Notes: generated from the sequence alone by a model not told the origin. A stretch of DNA of 39,041 nt from Octopus bimaculoides (GCF_001194135.2 NC_068981.1:34684677-34723717); one strand, 5' to 3'; counted from the stretch's first letter, positions 20,079 to 31,717 are shown. A program made the numbers and translations.

Positions 20079-21204
20079 GAAGTTTTGACACCTCCTTCGG
20101 GTTTGTTGTCCTAGATCACTCATAAAGTAAATTTAGAGGAACTGTAGTTGTTCATTTGTGGGCAACAGGGAAGCAGTGAGGTGATAGACTTGCCCCTGAA
20201 CTTTGAACGTCGGCGTAAATCTAAGTTCAACTATCTCCTTAGATGCACCAAACGATATCATTTGAAATGCAGAGTTATATTGTCTGATATTGTTCAGAAA
20301 ATCCTTTGACTGGATGGAAGTGCCTTCCAGAAGATCCATAAGAAGTTGAGAAGGAGCTGGTAATTTTGGCAATCTTACCTTACCGCCTGAGCAGCACGTG
20401 CCATTAGTTTCATTTGGAAAATTTAAAACATTGCAGAAACGACAATTTGAGTTTAGCACACCAATTTGGACAAAACCATCATTTTTATAAGAATGGGATG
20501 GATCATATCTGAAAGTAGCTCCAGGAGTTGTGAAGAACGAATTTCTACGTAGTCTGTTTCTGAAAGCTGTTCTATTGGACCTCTAATCATTAAAATGTTG
20601 CTTTAATTATTCAGCATTAAGTGCTGCAGCATGCCTTGGCTGATCTTGGGAACAGACTCCATTTAATGTGCTGCAGAATGCGTTTGGTGATCTTGGGGAA
20701 GTCTCATCTCCCTTCTCTCTTGAGACTCCAATTGACGTGCTGCAGGATGTGTTTGCTGATCTTGAGAAAGCTTCATGTCACTTATGTCTTGAGACTCAAT
20801 TTAATGTGCTATAGCAGTACGTTTGGTTATCTTGAGAAAGTCTCATCTCTCTTCTGTGTTGAAACTCTATTTGATGTGCTGCAGCATGCGTTTGATGATC
20901 TTAGGAAAGTATCATTTCCCTTCCCTCTTTACATTGCATTTGATGTATTGCAGCATGCATTTGCTGATCTTGAGAAAGTCTTATCTCACTTTCGTCTTGC
21001 GACTCCCTTTGACGTGCTGCAGCATGCGTTTGGTGATCTTGGGAAAGTCTCATTTCCCTTCTGTATTGAGACTACTTGATGTGCTGCAGGATGCATTTGC
21101 TGATCTTGGGAAAGTCTCATCTCTCTTCTCTCTAGAAACTCTCTCTGACGTGCTGCAGCATGCATTTGCTGATCTTGAGAAAGACTCATCTCACTTCTGT
21201 ACAT
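20079..21204 (-). pseudogene. Helitron RepHel N-terminal region: helical repeats, Cys motif and helitron_like_N, with in-frame stops
   Basis: ATFRYDPSHSYKNDGFVQIGVLNSNCRFCNVLNFPNETNGTCCSGGKVRLPKL...FLNNIRQYNSAFQMISFG...PTFKVQGQVYHLTASLLP...QFL*IYFMSD matches canonical Helitron motifs. Confidence 0.9.
20617..21204 (-). repeat. About 69-bp (23-codon) tandem repeat, about 8.5 copies, consensus near ESQERREMRLSQDQQTHAAARQL
   Basis: The plus-strand unit tgacgtgctgcagcatgcgtttggtgatcttgggaaagtctcatctcccttctctcttgagactc recurs. The last repeat runs in frame into the Helitron N-terminal sequence. Confidence 0.9.
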
Positions 21205-21879
21205 AGTGATTTAATGTATCACAACATTATGATACCCTATTCTATTATCCAATTAAACAATACGACAATGGGTTATGTGTTATTGAATAAACAATGTACC
21301 ACTACAAAAGACAGAAGTAGCCAGCACAGAATAGATAGCTAGAAGAGTAAATTAAAGTATAAAATAAATATACTGCATAGAGAAGCAAATAAAATAAACC
21401 AGATGGTAGTAAAAAACCCTTCTTGAAAAATTAACATAAATACGTAGCGAATGATGATTAAGTGCAACATAAATAATACAGAAACCTGACTGCAAACACT
21501 TGAATACTTAAAGCAAAAGACAAAAAAATATATAATCATCTCTAAATAATAGACTGTTTTAGGAAAGCGGTATTCTTAAGAATTCTTTTGATAACCTGCA
21601 AATATACTTTAAGACAATACGCGCTAAGAACATAAATGTTGAATATGACATCCACTAAAGAAGAATTACATTTTGGAAATCTATACTTGAAAACGAAGGG
21701 AAATATAAGAAAAGCAATAGCTGGGTAGAAAAACAATATCTGGTTTGGTTGAAGCTTGCCTTAAACCGCGTTGGGAACTGGAGAAATCCTGGAATGGATG
21801 GCATTCAAAACTAGTGAGACACAACGCAATAGCTCCGACATTCTTCAAAATTTACCGTCCTTGTTATATTTTTATATTT

Positions 21880-22050
21880 TTAGTAGAATTGTTAGCGTGT
21901 CTGACAAACTGCTTCGTGGCATTTCTTCTGACTCTTTATGTTCTTCAAATCCCACCGATTCGACTTCAGTTTTCATCCTTTCGGGGACGATAAAATACGT
22001 GCTAATCGAGCCCCGGGAGTCGAGGTAATCGACTAGCTGACTCCACTCAA
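21880..22050 (+). mobile_element. Degenerate SINE family B
   Basis: tagaattgttagcgtg...gcatttctt...caaatcccacc...tttcatcctttcgggg...gtcgaggtaatcgact. Confidence 0.65.
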
Positions 22051-22060
22051 ATTTGCTGAA

Positions 22061-22319
22061 GAGGCACGTGGCTTAGTGGTTAGGGTGTCGGACTCATGAT
22101 CGTAAGAATGTAGTTTCGATTCCTGGACCGTGCGACGCGTTTTGTTTTTGAGCAAAAAACACTTCGTTTCACATTGCTCCAGTCCACTGAGCTGGCAAAA
22201 ATGAGTAATCCTGCGACGGACCCGCGTCCCATCCAGGTGAGGAATTTATACGCCATGAAGCCGGGAAACCGGCCTTTATGAGTCAGTATGACTCGGGGAC
22301 GTAACTTTACCTTTACTTA
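22061..22319 (+). mobile_element. SINE family E (tRNA-like head and V-SINE-like central segment)
   Basis: gaggcacgtggcttagtggttagg and gtttcgattcctgg, then cctgcgacggacccgcgtcccatccagg (resembles the V-domain), then a tttacc-type tail. Confidence 0.75.
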
Positions 22320-22734
22320 NNNNNNNNNNNNNNNNNNNNNNNNNNNNNNNNNNNNNNNNNNNNNNNNNNNNNNNNNNNNNNNNNNNNNNNNNNNNNNNNN
22401 NNNNNNNNNNNNNNNNNNNNNNNNNNNNNNNNNNNNNNNNNNNNNNNNNNNNNNNNNNNNNNNNNNNNNNNNNNNNNNNNNNNNNNNNNNNNNNNNNNNN
22501 NNNNNNNNNNNNNNNNNNNNNNNNNNNNNNNNNNNNNNNNNNNNNNNNNNNNNNNNNNNNNNNNNNNNNNNNNNNNNNNNNNNNNNNNNNNNNNNNNNNN
22601 NNNNNNNNNNNNNNNNNNNNNNNNNNNNNNNNNNNNNNNNNNNNNNNNNNNNNNNNNNNNNNNNNNNNNNNNNNNNNNNNNNNNNNNNNNNNNNNNNNNN
22701 NNNNNNNNNNNNNNNNNNNNNNNNNNNNNNNNNN

Positions 22735-22771
<37 letters not shown>

Positions 22772-22905
22772 CGGGATTCTTTTAGTTTATAGTCTATAGT
22801 CGGCCCAAGGCTATAGTGAAAGACACTCGTCCAAGGTGCCGTACAGTGGGACTGAACCCGGAACTATATGGTTGGGAAGTAAACGCCTTACCACACACCC
22901 ACATC
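22735..22905 (-). mobile_element. SINE family A 5' half with a small internal deletion
   Basis: (TA)n gacgggattctt...cccaaggctatag...ccaaggtgccgtacagtgggactgaacccggaac...ttaccacac. Confidence 0.8.
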
Positions 22906-22943
22906 TACGACTGTGTAAATGTGTGTGTATGTGTATGTGAGTA

Positions 22944-22976
<33 letters not shown>

Positions 22977-23459
22977 ACAGAAGAAGACAGAGAGGAAAGG
23001 AAAAGGAGAAGGAAAATGATAGTTTCACAGATTCACTAACCATAGTAACCATAGTAAGATGGCATCAAATATCATATGACTCGCTGGGAATGGTTTTTAG
23101 GTCACTTTACAGATAGTTGAATTATTTTTGTCACCTGGTTTGATTTCTTTCTTGTTTTTGTTTGCTTTTTGTTTACCCTTTCTAAATGACAAATGTTTCT
23201 TTTTTTTTTTTCCTTATCATTTAGTTAGGAGAAGAAGTTGATGTCCAGGACCATTTTAAAGAGCCTTCGAGACCAATGGGAGTGAATGAAGAAGATATAT
23301 TTTAACTGGAGACTTGGCTCTGATGTTTGCAATAGAGAGGACCCTGCGAAAAGTACCCGATGCGCTAAGTGGTTATATCAAACATGCTAAAACATACATC
23401 GCAAAACATTGTTTGATTTTTGCACTTCTGCAAATACACTGCACTGAACTGGTACCATT

Positions 23460-23469
23460 TATTATTATT

Positions 23470-23529
<60 letters not shown>

Positions 23530-23552
23530 CTACCACCACCACTACCACCATC

Positions 23553-23619
<67 letters not shown>

Positions 23620-23621
23620 TT
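23460..23621. repeat. Compound trinucleotide repeat (ATT)n(ACC)n(ACT)n
   Basis: Seen directly. Confidence 0.95.
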
Positions 23622-23626
23622 CAGAT

Positions 23627-23839
23627 AAAGGCGGCGAGCTGGCAGAATCGTTAGCACGCCGGGAAAAATGCTTACCGGTACTTCGTTCGTCCTTACGTTC
23701 TGAGTTCAAATTCCGCCGAGATCGATTTTGCTTTTCATCCTTTCGAGGTTGATAAATTAAGCACCAGTGAAATACTGGGATCTATGTAATCGACTCACCT
23801 CTCCTTCAAAATTGCTGCCCTTGTGGCAAGATTTGAAAC

Positions 23840-23896
<57 letters not shown>

Positions 23897-24108
23897 GGCG
23901 GCGAGCAAGCAGAATCGTTACCACGCTGGGCGAAATTCCTAGCAGCATTTCGTCCGTCCTTTACGGTATGAGTTCAAATTCCGCCGAGATCGACTCTACC
24001 TTTCATCCTTTGGGGTAGATAAAAAGAGTACCAGTTGATCACTGGGGTCGATATAATCGACTTATACTCTACTCCAAGCTTGATGGATTTGTTCCAAAAT
24101 TTGAAATT
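23627..24108 (+). mobile_element. Two tandem family B SINEs (tail B2) separated by an (ATT)n tail
   Basis: Heads aaggcggcgagc at about 23627 and 23894. B2 tail aaaattgctgcccttgtggcaagatttgaaacc(att)n. Confidence 0.88.
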
Positions 24109-24130
24109 ACGGTAATTACAGGAGACAACT

Positions 24131-24170
24131 CATGACATGTTTCGTTATTATTATAACCTCATCAGCAAAG
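24131..24170 (-). ncRNA. Minimal hammerhead-ribozyme-like motif (Penelope-type) with canonical core and decayed helix I
   Basis: The minus strand reads CTGATGA-G-GTTAT(AATA)ATAAC-GAAA-CATG-TC, giving palindromic helix III ACATGT and a GUC triplet. Confidence 0.55.
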
Positions 24171-24489
24171 CACAAACACCACCGTACTTATTAAAGTAAA
24201 TACGAAAGTATCATTTAGTACATGTATAAGATTGCACACTGGTTAGTAGTTGGGAAATAAAGTAGTTTAGATAATATTGACGTCATCTCCGTAAAAAGCA
24301 ATAATTAAGATAGTGTTAACATAGTTAATTAAGACACCACTAAAAAGACAGCTAAGAATAATTTTGGAGTGAGTGAGGCTTTAACATGTATAAAGCAAAA
24401 TGTATAAGTTGTGGGAGCACTGCATAATTAACTTAATGTTTCATTACCTCTCAGTACTAGGATCGATTCGTCATGCGTGTCTGGATGAC

Positions 24490-24645
24490 ACGTGGTCGAA
24501 TAAGTACGAAGCTCTTTTGCAATCACGATGTTCTGGAGTCGATTCCACTGTGTAGCATTTTGAACAATAATCTTTTATCATGTTCTTGAGTCGACCCGAG
24601 CCTTATGAGTAAAACTGAGTAGACGGAAACTAAACTGAAACCCAA
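24490..24645 (+). mobile_element. Highly degenerate family A 5' half
   Basis: caatcacgatgttctggagtcgattccactgtgtagcatttt...cgacccgagccttatgagt...gtagacggaaacta. Confidence 0.55.
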
Positions 24646-24922
24646 TCAGATTCATTGTACCAAGCCCTATCCCACATAGATCTTGTTTAAGAATACACGT
24701 GTTTATGAAACATTCAGTCAATTATATGTTAATTAAATGAGAAGTTGGGTTCAGTTGAAACCAGCGGAGGCCCAGTTTTAGTGGAGTAGGCTAATAGAGA
24801 GCCTAGTTTCATATTAAAAGCCGAAGTAAATTCAGTCGCTTATCGCACATTCTCCTTTAGAAAGGCCACATGCACGATGCTTCATGTCTCTCTCTTTTAC
24901 ATAGTCTCTTTTTTTTTATTAT

Positions 24923-25310
24923 TGTTGTTGGCACTCCGTCGCTTACGACGTCGAGGGTTCCAGTTGATCCGATCAACGGAACAGCCTGCTCGTGAAATTA
25001 ACGTGTAAGTGGCTGAGCACTCCACAGACACGTGTACCCTTAACGTAGTTCTCGGGGATATTCGGCGTGACACAGTGTGACAAGGCTGACCCTTTGAATT
25101 ACAGGCATAACAGAAACAGGAAGTAAGAGTGAGAGAAAGTTATGGTGAAAGAGTACAGCAGGGTTCGCCACCATCCCCTGCCGGAGCCTCGTGGAGCTTT
25201 AGGTGTTTTCGCGCAATAAACACTCACAATGCCCTGTCTGGGAATCGAAACCGCGATCCTATGACCGCGGGTCCGCTTCCCTAACCACTAGGCCATTGCG
25301 CCTCCACTTC
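24923..25310 (-). mobile_element. SINE family D, full length with 10-bp TSD
   Basis: Reverse complement of the 1979 copy. TSD tttttattat at 24913-24922 and 25311-25320. Confidence 0.92.
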
Positions 25311-25969
25311 TTTTTATTATAGTTAAAAAGAAAAAGAAACTTCCTGCATATCTGTGGTAATGCCATAAAGTAACAGGGAAATTCCTACGGTGTTGACACT
25401 ACGATGAATATTTCATTCCTAGCTAAAGCCGTTTACTTCATCTACGCAGATCTTACTTCAACAAATGAAATTTATAAATGTCATATTTGTGTTCAGCTCA
25501 GTTTTATTTCCCCTTTACTGCTCTCCACGGTAGTCAATCTAGTTTGGTTGCGTTAAAAATGATATGGCGATTCTGCCTTATACCGCCTGGAAATTAATAA
25601 ATAATGGTTTCTAACATAGGCACAAATTGCAGGACATAATAAGTATTTATTCTGTCGACTCCAGAAGGATGAAAGGTAAAGGATAACTGGTGAAACTTGG
25701 GAGTTACTGTGGGATAAAACTAATAAATTATTATAACATTTTTCAATAAGGTTTATTTATTTGTTTCGTACGAAGAGTTAACGGTTTCTGCCAATCAAAA
25801 CATAGAAGTAGGAACATCACCAGAATTTTGTTAACGTTTGATGGTTAAAAGCACTTTATGCAAAAAAAAAAAAAAGAAGATAACCAAGAGAACTTAACAG
25901 TTACATTTATTTTGGTAAATTCTTCCTTTCGTTTTTTGTTTTTGTTTTTGTATATAGCTGTGATACACA

Positions 25970-27560
25970 CGGCATAATCTTGATGGACACCGATATGGTC
26001 AAATGGCTAAAAGTTCAATTTGCAATAAGTACATCCCCGGTTCTGTTCCTCTCCGTGACATCTTGAACGTGCGTGTCATTTTTGGGTGGGGTTGCATTAC
26101 TATAGTCCCGTNNNNNNNNNNNNNNNNNNNNNNNNNNNNNNNNNNNNNNNNNNNNNNNNNNNNNNNNNNNNNNNNNNNNNNNNNNNNNNNNNNNNNNNNN
26201 NNNNNNNNNNNNNNNNNNNNNNNNNNNNNNNNNNNNNNNNNNNNNNNNNNNNNNNNNNNNNNNNNNNNNNNNNNNNNNNNNNNNNNNNNNNNNNNNNNNN
26301 NNNNNNNNNNNNNNNNNNNNNNNNNNNNNNNNNNNNNNNNNNNNNNNNNNNNNNNNNNNNNNNNNNNNNNNNNNNNNNNNNNNNNNNNNNNNNNNNNNNN
26401 NNNNNNNNNTAGATGAGCTTTGTGATTGTCTCTTGTGGAATTTCTGCCCACTTTTCACGCAATAATCGAAACAATTCATCTTTAAATTTAGGTTTCTGTC
26501 GAGTTTTTCGTATAGCTCTATCTAGTATGCTCCAAAGATTTTCAATTAGGTTCATGTCAGGAGATTGGCTCGGCTAAGGAAGCTTTTTGATCTCATTTTC
26601 AGTCAGCCATTGTTAATTCCTTTTCCCCGTGTGGCATGGAGCCCCATCTTCCACGAATAAAAACCCATTTTTCGTTTATGTTATCGTGTGAATACATCGG
26701 AAGTAGTCCTTGCTTAAGTATTTCGATGTATTTTTCAGAGTTTAGGTTCCAACACATTCGATCAGCTCAGAACGACCATTGCTGATGACAGCTCCCCATA
26801 CCATTACAGAGATACCGCCATGTTTCACAGTTGGTTGGAGTCGTTTCAAATCAAATTCTTGATTGGGAAGCCTCCAGACCCAAACATGTCCACTGTCTGA
26901 AAATAATGCAAATCTGGATTCATCTGATAAAATCACTCTATCCTAAAATGAACTGGATTTTTCTGACATCTCCTTAGCTCATTTCTTTCTTTTCATGATA
27001 TTATAATTGGTTGAAGGAGAGGTTTTCTTCTAGTTGCTCGTCCATAATACCCAAGCTTATGCAGATATGTAATACACATTCTTGGACTAACTTCTAGCTG
27101 TTTTGCAATGTCAGAAGCCTTCGAACGGGGTTTGTTTTCCACAATTCTTTTCAAACAGCGAAGCTTCCTTTCCGAGAGCCCAGGTCGGCCGAGACGAGAA
27201 TCTGTTGATTCTTTTCCATTGTTCATTATGCGATGCACGAATATTGCAGGGCTTATGATTGTGGGTACAATTTAATAATGATGGGTAACTTCCTTCGGGT
27301 GTTGTAGGCAGTGTAATATTTTGCTTCTATAGCTCAGCTTCTGAGAAATGTCTTGGGTGTTCAGGGTTTATGAGGCCTGGTTACGTGAGTAGCGTGAAAA
27401 AAGATATACTTAGAAGAATGGTTTCGGTCAACTGCTTAGCTCTCTCAGATGTGTCGAAGTTGAAGCACATTTGCTAGCAGAGGTAGTCGATATAAAGCTG
27501 GCAGAACTATGACCATTTGGCTAACTTGAATTACCAGATAATTCGTGGTGTATAAATGTA
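25970..27560 (-). mobile_element. Decayed Tc1/mariner DNA transposon (Tc1, DD34E), about 1.6 kb including an N-gap
   Basis: Contains the transposase pseudogene. The ends are only weakly similar (TA-cacacggcataatc versus TA-caccacgaattatc), so the boundaries are approximate. Confidence 0.8.
26410..27380 (-). pseudogene. Tc1-family transposase with frameshifts and stops
   Basis: GRP, HTH and GYYGRATRRKPLL, then [30 protein letters not shown] and *PSQSPDMNLIENLW. There are 34 residues between the second D and E. Confidence 0.93.
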
Positions 27561-27619
27561 TGGAAGGAAGATATACGGTGTGTTTCCGCGAATAGGAAGT
27601 GAATCAGACTTTCTTAAAG

Positions 27620-27940
27620 GATACTATTAACTGAGTAAAGGCTAAGCTTGAAAGAAAGAGTTCAAGGTTATTCGGTCTTTCAGTGTCTCTCTGATGGGGA
27701 TGCTAACTAGTGCAAAGAGTTCAAAACAGCAAATAACTTATTCGGATTGCAGGAAGAGTACGAGAGCCTGGAAGAATTGTGTGCGTTTAAGTCTCTATGT
27801 ATGAAAACTTCAGAGTTGTAAGATGTGATAGATCTTACATGACGTGAAATAGATATATATTTGATGGTGATTATAGTTAGGAGACCGATATTTACAAAGG
27901 ACAAACTTAGCGACTTCGAGTCAGTGCATGGGAACATCAG
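27620..27940 (-). pseudogene. Degenerate LINE apurinic-type endonuclease fragment
   Basis: SEVFIHRDLNAHNSS (GDFNAH motif), FAVLNSLH*LASP (LxQLV..PT) and NNLELFLS (LDLFLT), spread across frameshifts. Confidence 0.5.
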
Positions 27941-28198
27941 AGGGAATAGGGTAAGTCTATGATATTGGTTTACACGTGTCCAAATAATTTATAAGACGAG
28001 AGTCTATTGTGTACCATTGAGAGAGAGAGAGAGGGGTGGGACAGACAGACAGATTGGCAGAGACAGAGAGCGAGAAAGAGAGACAGACAGACAGAAAGAG
28101 ACAGAGAGAGTGATAGAGAGAGATCTAATAGCTTTAGAATGTAGTTCAGCCTATTCTAGAATCGCTTTTTCTTGCGTTTTAGGATCTATTACTGTTAG

Positions 28199-28551
28199 TT
28201 AGTTTAGGGCAGCGGACTCGCGGTCATAGGATCGCGGTTTCGATTCCCAGACCGGGCGTTGTGAGTGTTTATTGAGCGAAAACACATAAAGTTCCACGAG
28301 GCTCCGGCAGGGGATGGTGGCGAACCCTGCTGTACTCTTTCACCACAACTTTCTCTCACTCTTACTTCCTGTTATGTTGTACGTGTATTTCAAAGGGCCA
28401 GCCTTGTCACACTATGTCACGCTGAATATCCCCGAGAACTACGTTAAGGGTACACGTGTCTGTGGAGTGCTCAGTCACTTGCACGTTAATTTCACGAGCA
28501 AGCTGTTCCGTTGATCGGATCAACTGGAACCCTCGACGTCATAAGCCAACA
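28199..28551 (+). mobile_element. SINE family D, slightly 5'-truncated, 8-bp TSD
   Basis: TSD actgttag at 28191-28198 and 28552-28559. The body is nearly identical to the 1979 copy. Confidence 0.9.
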
Positions 28552-28951
28552 ACTGTTAGAAACATCAAGATAGGTCTAAGAACAGCAACTCTCATGAGGG
28601 TGTATTTGTACTTTATATACGACCAAACGGCATGATATTTAATATTCTTTTGATCGCCCTGCATGGTGCAGTGGTTGTTATGTAAAGAATATGTGATTAC
28701 TATGCGAGTTTATGTTATACCCCAAATAAGATATTGTAATCCTACAGACAATCAAGAGCCAGTAACTTTTTCAGTGTGTATAATTTATATTCAACTCCTA
28801 AGCGAACAAAGCATCAATTTTTGTAGTGCGTTTGCGACTTATAAGCGATCATACTGCAGTATCTAAGTTGCAGCTTAAAAAGATGGGCCTTAATGGTTCG
28901 AAGTGTTTTTGAGTAGACGTCATGTAATTTTGGTTTTCCTTTTTCTTTCAG

Positions 28952-29121
28952 AAAATGGGGGACATCAAAAATCATTTCCCAAAGAAGAGAAATGTAATGG
29001 ATATATCTCAGACAAAAGGGCCTCTAGAAATGGTTTGGAGGGTTCGATACACAGTCGAACACTATGGAATTTTAGATAACTCAGTAATTGACATCGTAGA
29101 TGCGACATCTACATTTTTATG
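28952..29121 (+). CDS. Candidate exon, 170 nt: (K)MGDIKNHFPKKRNVMDISQTKGPLEMVWRVRYTVEHYGILDNSVIDIVDATSTFL
   Basis: Very strong acceptor ttttggttttccttttttctttcAG-type tract, aaaATGG context, an open frame to donor TG|GTAATT. The product is not recognised. Confidence 0.42.
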
Positions 29122-29924
29122 GTAATTTTGTAGTTGTTGCAGTCGTGAATTGTTATTGATGTCTAATAGCAGATTAGCCTTGATCTAAGTTGTCCAAATA
29201 TGGTCATTTCATTTTATTTTCAGGCATAGTGTATCCAGAACTACATTATCCAATAACCCGCCCCGCGCACTTTTTTTTTTTTTTTTTTCATTTAAGTTGC
29301 AAGGCTGCGATTTGAGTGAGATTTACTGCTATTTCTAGCAGATCAAGTGACTACGAAGAATCTCTCATAGGCTTGGCCTACTCCTCATGTTGCAAACAGC
29401 TTTGTTTGATACTCGTGCAAACCACTTTGGAATTATGGACGTTGGTTTTGTGAGAAATATTAAAGGACATATCTAGGGGGACAGTTTCGCTCACATGAAT
29501 CGGGTTATTGTTTCCTTCTGCCAACGCACACAAGAACTTGACTTCAACATTAAACACTCGTACAACACTTATTATTCAGTATTCTCGCCGTTTACACAGT
29601 AAAAGTGTCTACTCGCAGTGCCTATGTGAAATTTGATTTGGTCGTTAACAGTTAAATGCTTGGTCATGGACACTGCACTGGGTAGTTGATTGAAGAGGAA
29701 AAGTTAATCCATTGGACTGTGACCGATATTCGATCGATAATGTTTATCCTGCGAGACTAAATGTACCAAGTCCGCCACCAGATCGACGAACAACTCTGGG
29801 TGACTTTTGAGGGAAATTTGTACAACACACCATTTTGTCATCTAAATACAGACAAATTTGTTTCCCCTGCCTGGACATAGAACAAAAACAGACTGAATCA
29901 CTCTAATGATTCCACCATTCCACG

Positions 29925-30268
29925 ACCCTGCTCTAGTACTTTAGTTTATCACCCTCCGAAGAAAAGGGGGGGGGAAGAAGCTAACCTCGGTGGGATTTGA
30001 ACTCAGAACAATTACCGACGGTCTAATGATTCTGCGAAATTGTTTCTTAAATGCAGTATAAACTATATGACAATTTACAAATACAAGTTAGAACATCAAG
30101 TAAAAATGCTTAACAGCATTTCTTCCGTCTTAACGTTTTGAGTTCAAATTCCGCCGAGGTCGATTTTGCCTTTCATCCTTTCGAGGTCAATAAAATAAGT
30201 GCTAGATGAGCACTGAAGTCGACTTACCGCCCACTCCCAAACTAAAACTGCTGACCCTGTGCCAAAAT
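29925..30268. mobile_element. Head-to-head pair of degenerate family B copies (minus 29925-30040, plus 30100-30268)
   Basis: cctcggtgggatttgaactcagaac versus gagttcaaattccgccgaggtcgattttgcctttcatcctttcgagg. Confidence 0.7.
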
Positions 30269-30904
30269 TTGAAACCTATTTTACAAATGAACAATGTATC
30301 TTGTTTTCCAAATTTCACCAAACTCATCTGGACCCTTTCTAGGAAAGTCACTTGTGATTCCCCGATGAGCATTCAGCAAATACTCCTTCAAAACTTTTCA
30401 TTTTCTCACTACAACGGTTCAGTCTCATCGTAACGCGATTGTCACGCACTTGAACCCAACAATACAACCGCTTCCGACGGTGTTTCTTCCATCTCCCACA
30501 AACGACGCTTCAGTATTATATTTGTATTCAGTATTATATTATATATAGTATTATCATTCCACATGTTCAGTTTTTATGAAAACTAGGTTATTTAAAGCTG
30601 TCTAATTTCACTGATTGCTTTTGGGGTACCCAATAAAATACCTCTACTATCATTACCTTTTAAGGTTTAAATCCTGAGGGGTCTCTCTCAGCATTTCTTC
30701 CTCTCAGTGGAAGATAACATAAGAACCAGTCATACACTGATTATGCCTATGCCTCTTTCCCCAACACTTTTTGGCCATGTGCCAATGTAAGAAAGCCTTC
30801 TTTTGACTTGTTACTTATCTCGCTATATCTATATTTATACATACTTTAATGGATTGCTGGGTCGCCACCAAATAGTTTTTCTTAGTGTGTTGTGTTATTG
30901 TTGT

Positions 30905-31080
30905 TGTTTAACCCAAATCAGCTCTGACTGAACAAACCTATGATTAAAACCGTTCCAATATTGACATTTAAAAAAATTAAACCCAGGGCTACTTCGTTTA
31001 AGTGCCCTTTCTTCTTTTACGACAGTAAGATGTGAAGAGGAAGGTCTGATCGCTGTTTCTAACAGGTCAATTGACCGCCT
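30905..31080 (-). mobile_element. Family C degenerate copy adjoining (TTG)n
   Basis: tttaacccaaatcagctctgactgaacaaacctatgattaaa...gatgtgaagaggaagg...tttctaacaggtcaattgacc. Similar copies lie at 19120-19290, 29140-29360 and 32330-32510. Confidence 0.55.
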
Positions 31081-31341
31081 AAACTTTTACCTCTTTGTTA
31101 ATCAGGCAGCGTGGTATGCTTGCATCACAGTTTCGGAGATAGATTACCTCCATTCACCTCTAGAAATTGAATTTGTGTAGCAACTTCCATTCGAGATCTT
31201 ACTGTTCCTTTACAATGCTTGTGTTGTGTGTCCCCATGCTCATGAGTACAATTTGTTGAAGCCAGTTCATCTTCGTTCATCGTAACTACGAAAAGTTACG
31301 TCTATCGTACCAAGTCAAATCGTACAATTGAGGAATTAAAT

Positions 31342-31444
<103 letters not shown>

Positions 31445-31717
31445 CAGAGAGTTTACCTCCCTTTTACAGTTGCTCATACGGTGCGTGAGAATATATGTCT
31501 AAGCTCATTAATGTATATAATTTTGATTGCCATCTCAATTTCTACTTTTCTAAGACACCGATAAAGATAGATGAACTTAAATGGCCACTTTAGAAATTTT
31601 CAAGTATTTTGCACTTAGTTTGTATTATGTATTACTCTCTCTCTCTCTCTCGTTAGTCTCAGCTGCATTTTGTTCACATTGTAGATTAGTCTGGTCCATT
31701 ATGGTACCCCGCCTTAT

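Larger units (their letters stand above)
19794..21204 (-). mobile_element. Decayed, internally deleted Helitron
   Basis: The minus strand ends tctcgaacaacgccgggtagctcagTTAG|t, a decayed GC hairpin plus CTAG-type terminus. It contains RepHel N-terminal coding sequence. The 5' end was not located. Confidence 0.8.

Noticed and set aside
20617-21204. Regular tandem repeats as a possible CRISPR-like array
   Set aside because: The units are contiguous diverged 69-mers without unique spacers, and they are coding repeats of a Helitron in a eukaryotic genome.
28990-29121. WRVRYTVEHYGILD resembling the C-terminus of acid sphingomyelinase-like proteins
   Set aside because: The spacing differs by one residue and the downstream cysteine pattern is absent, so no gene name was assigned.
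30290-30510. Minus-strand ILKRRLWEMEETP resembling a Tc1 C-terminus
   Set aside because: The match is too short and is not supported by neighbouring motifs.
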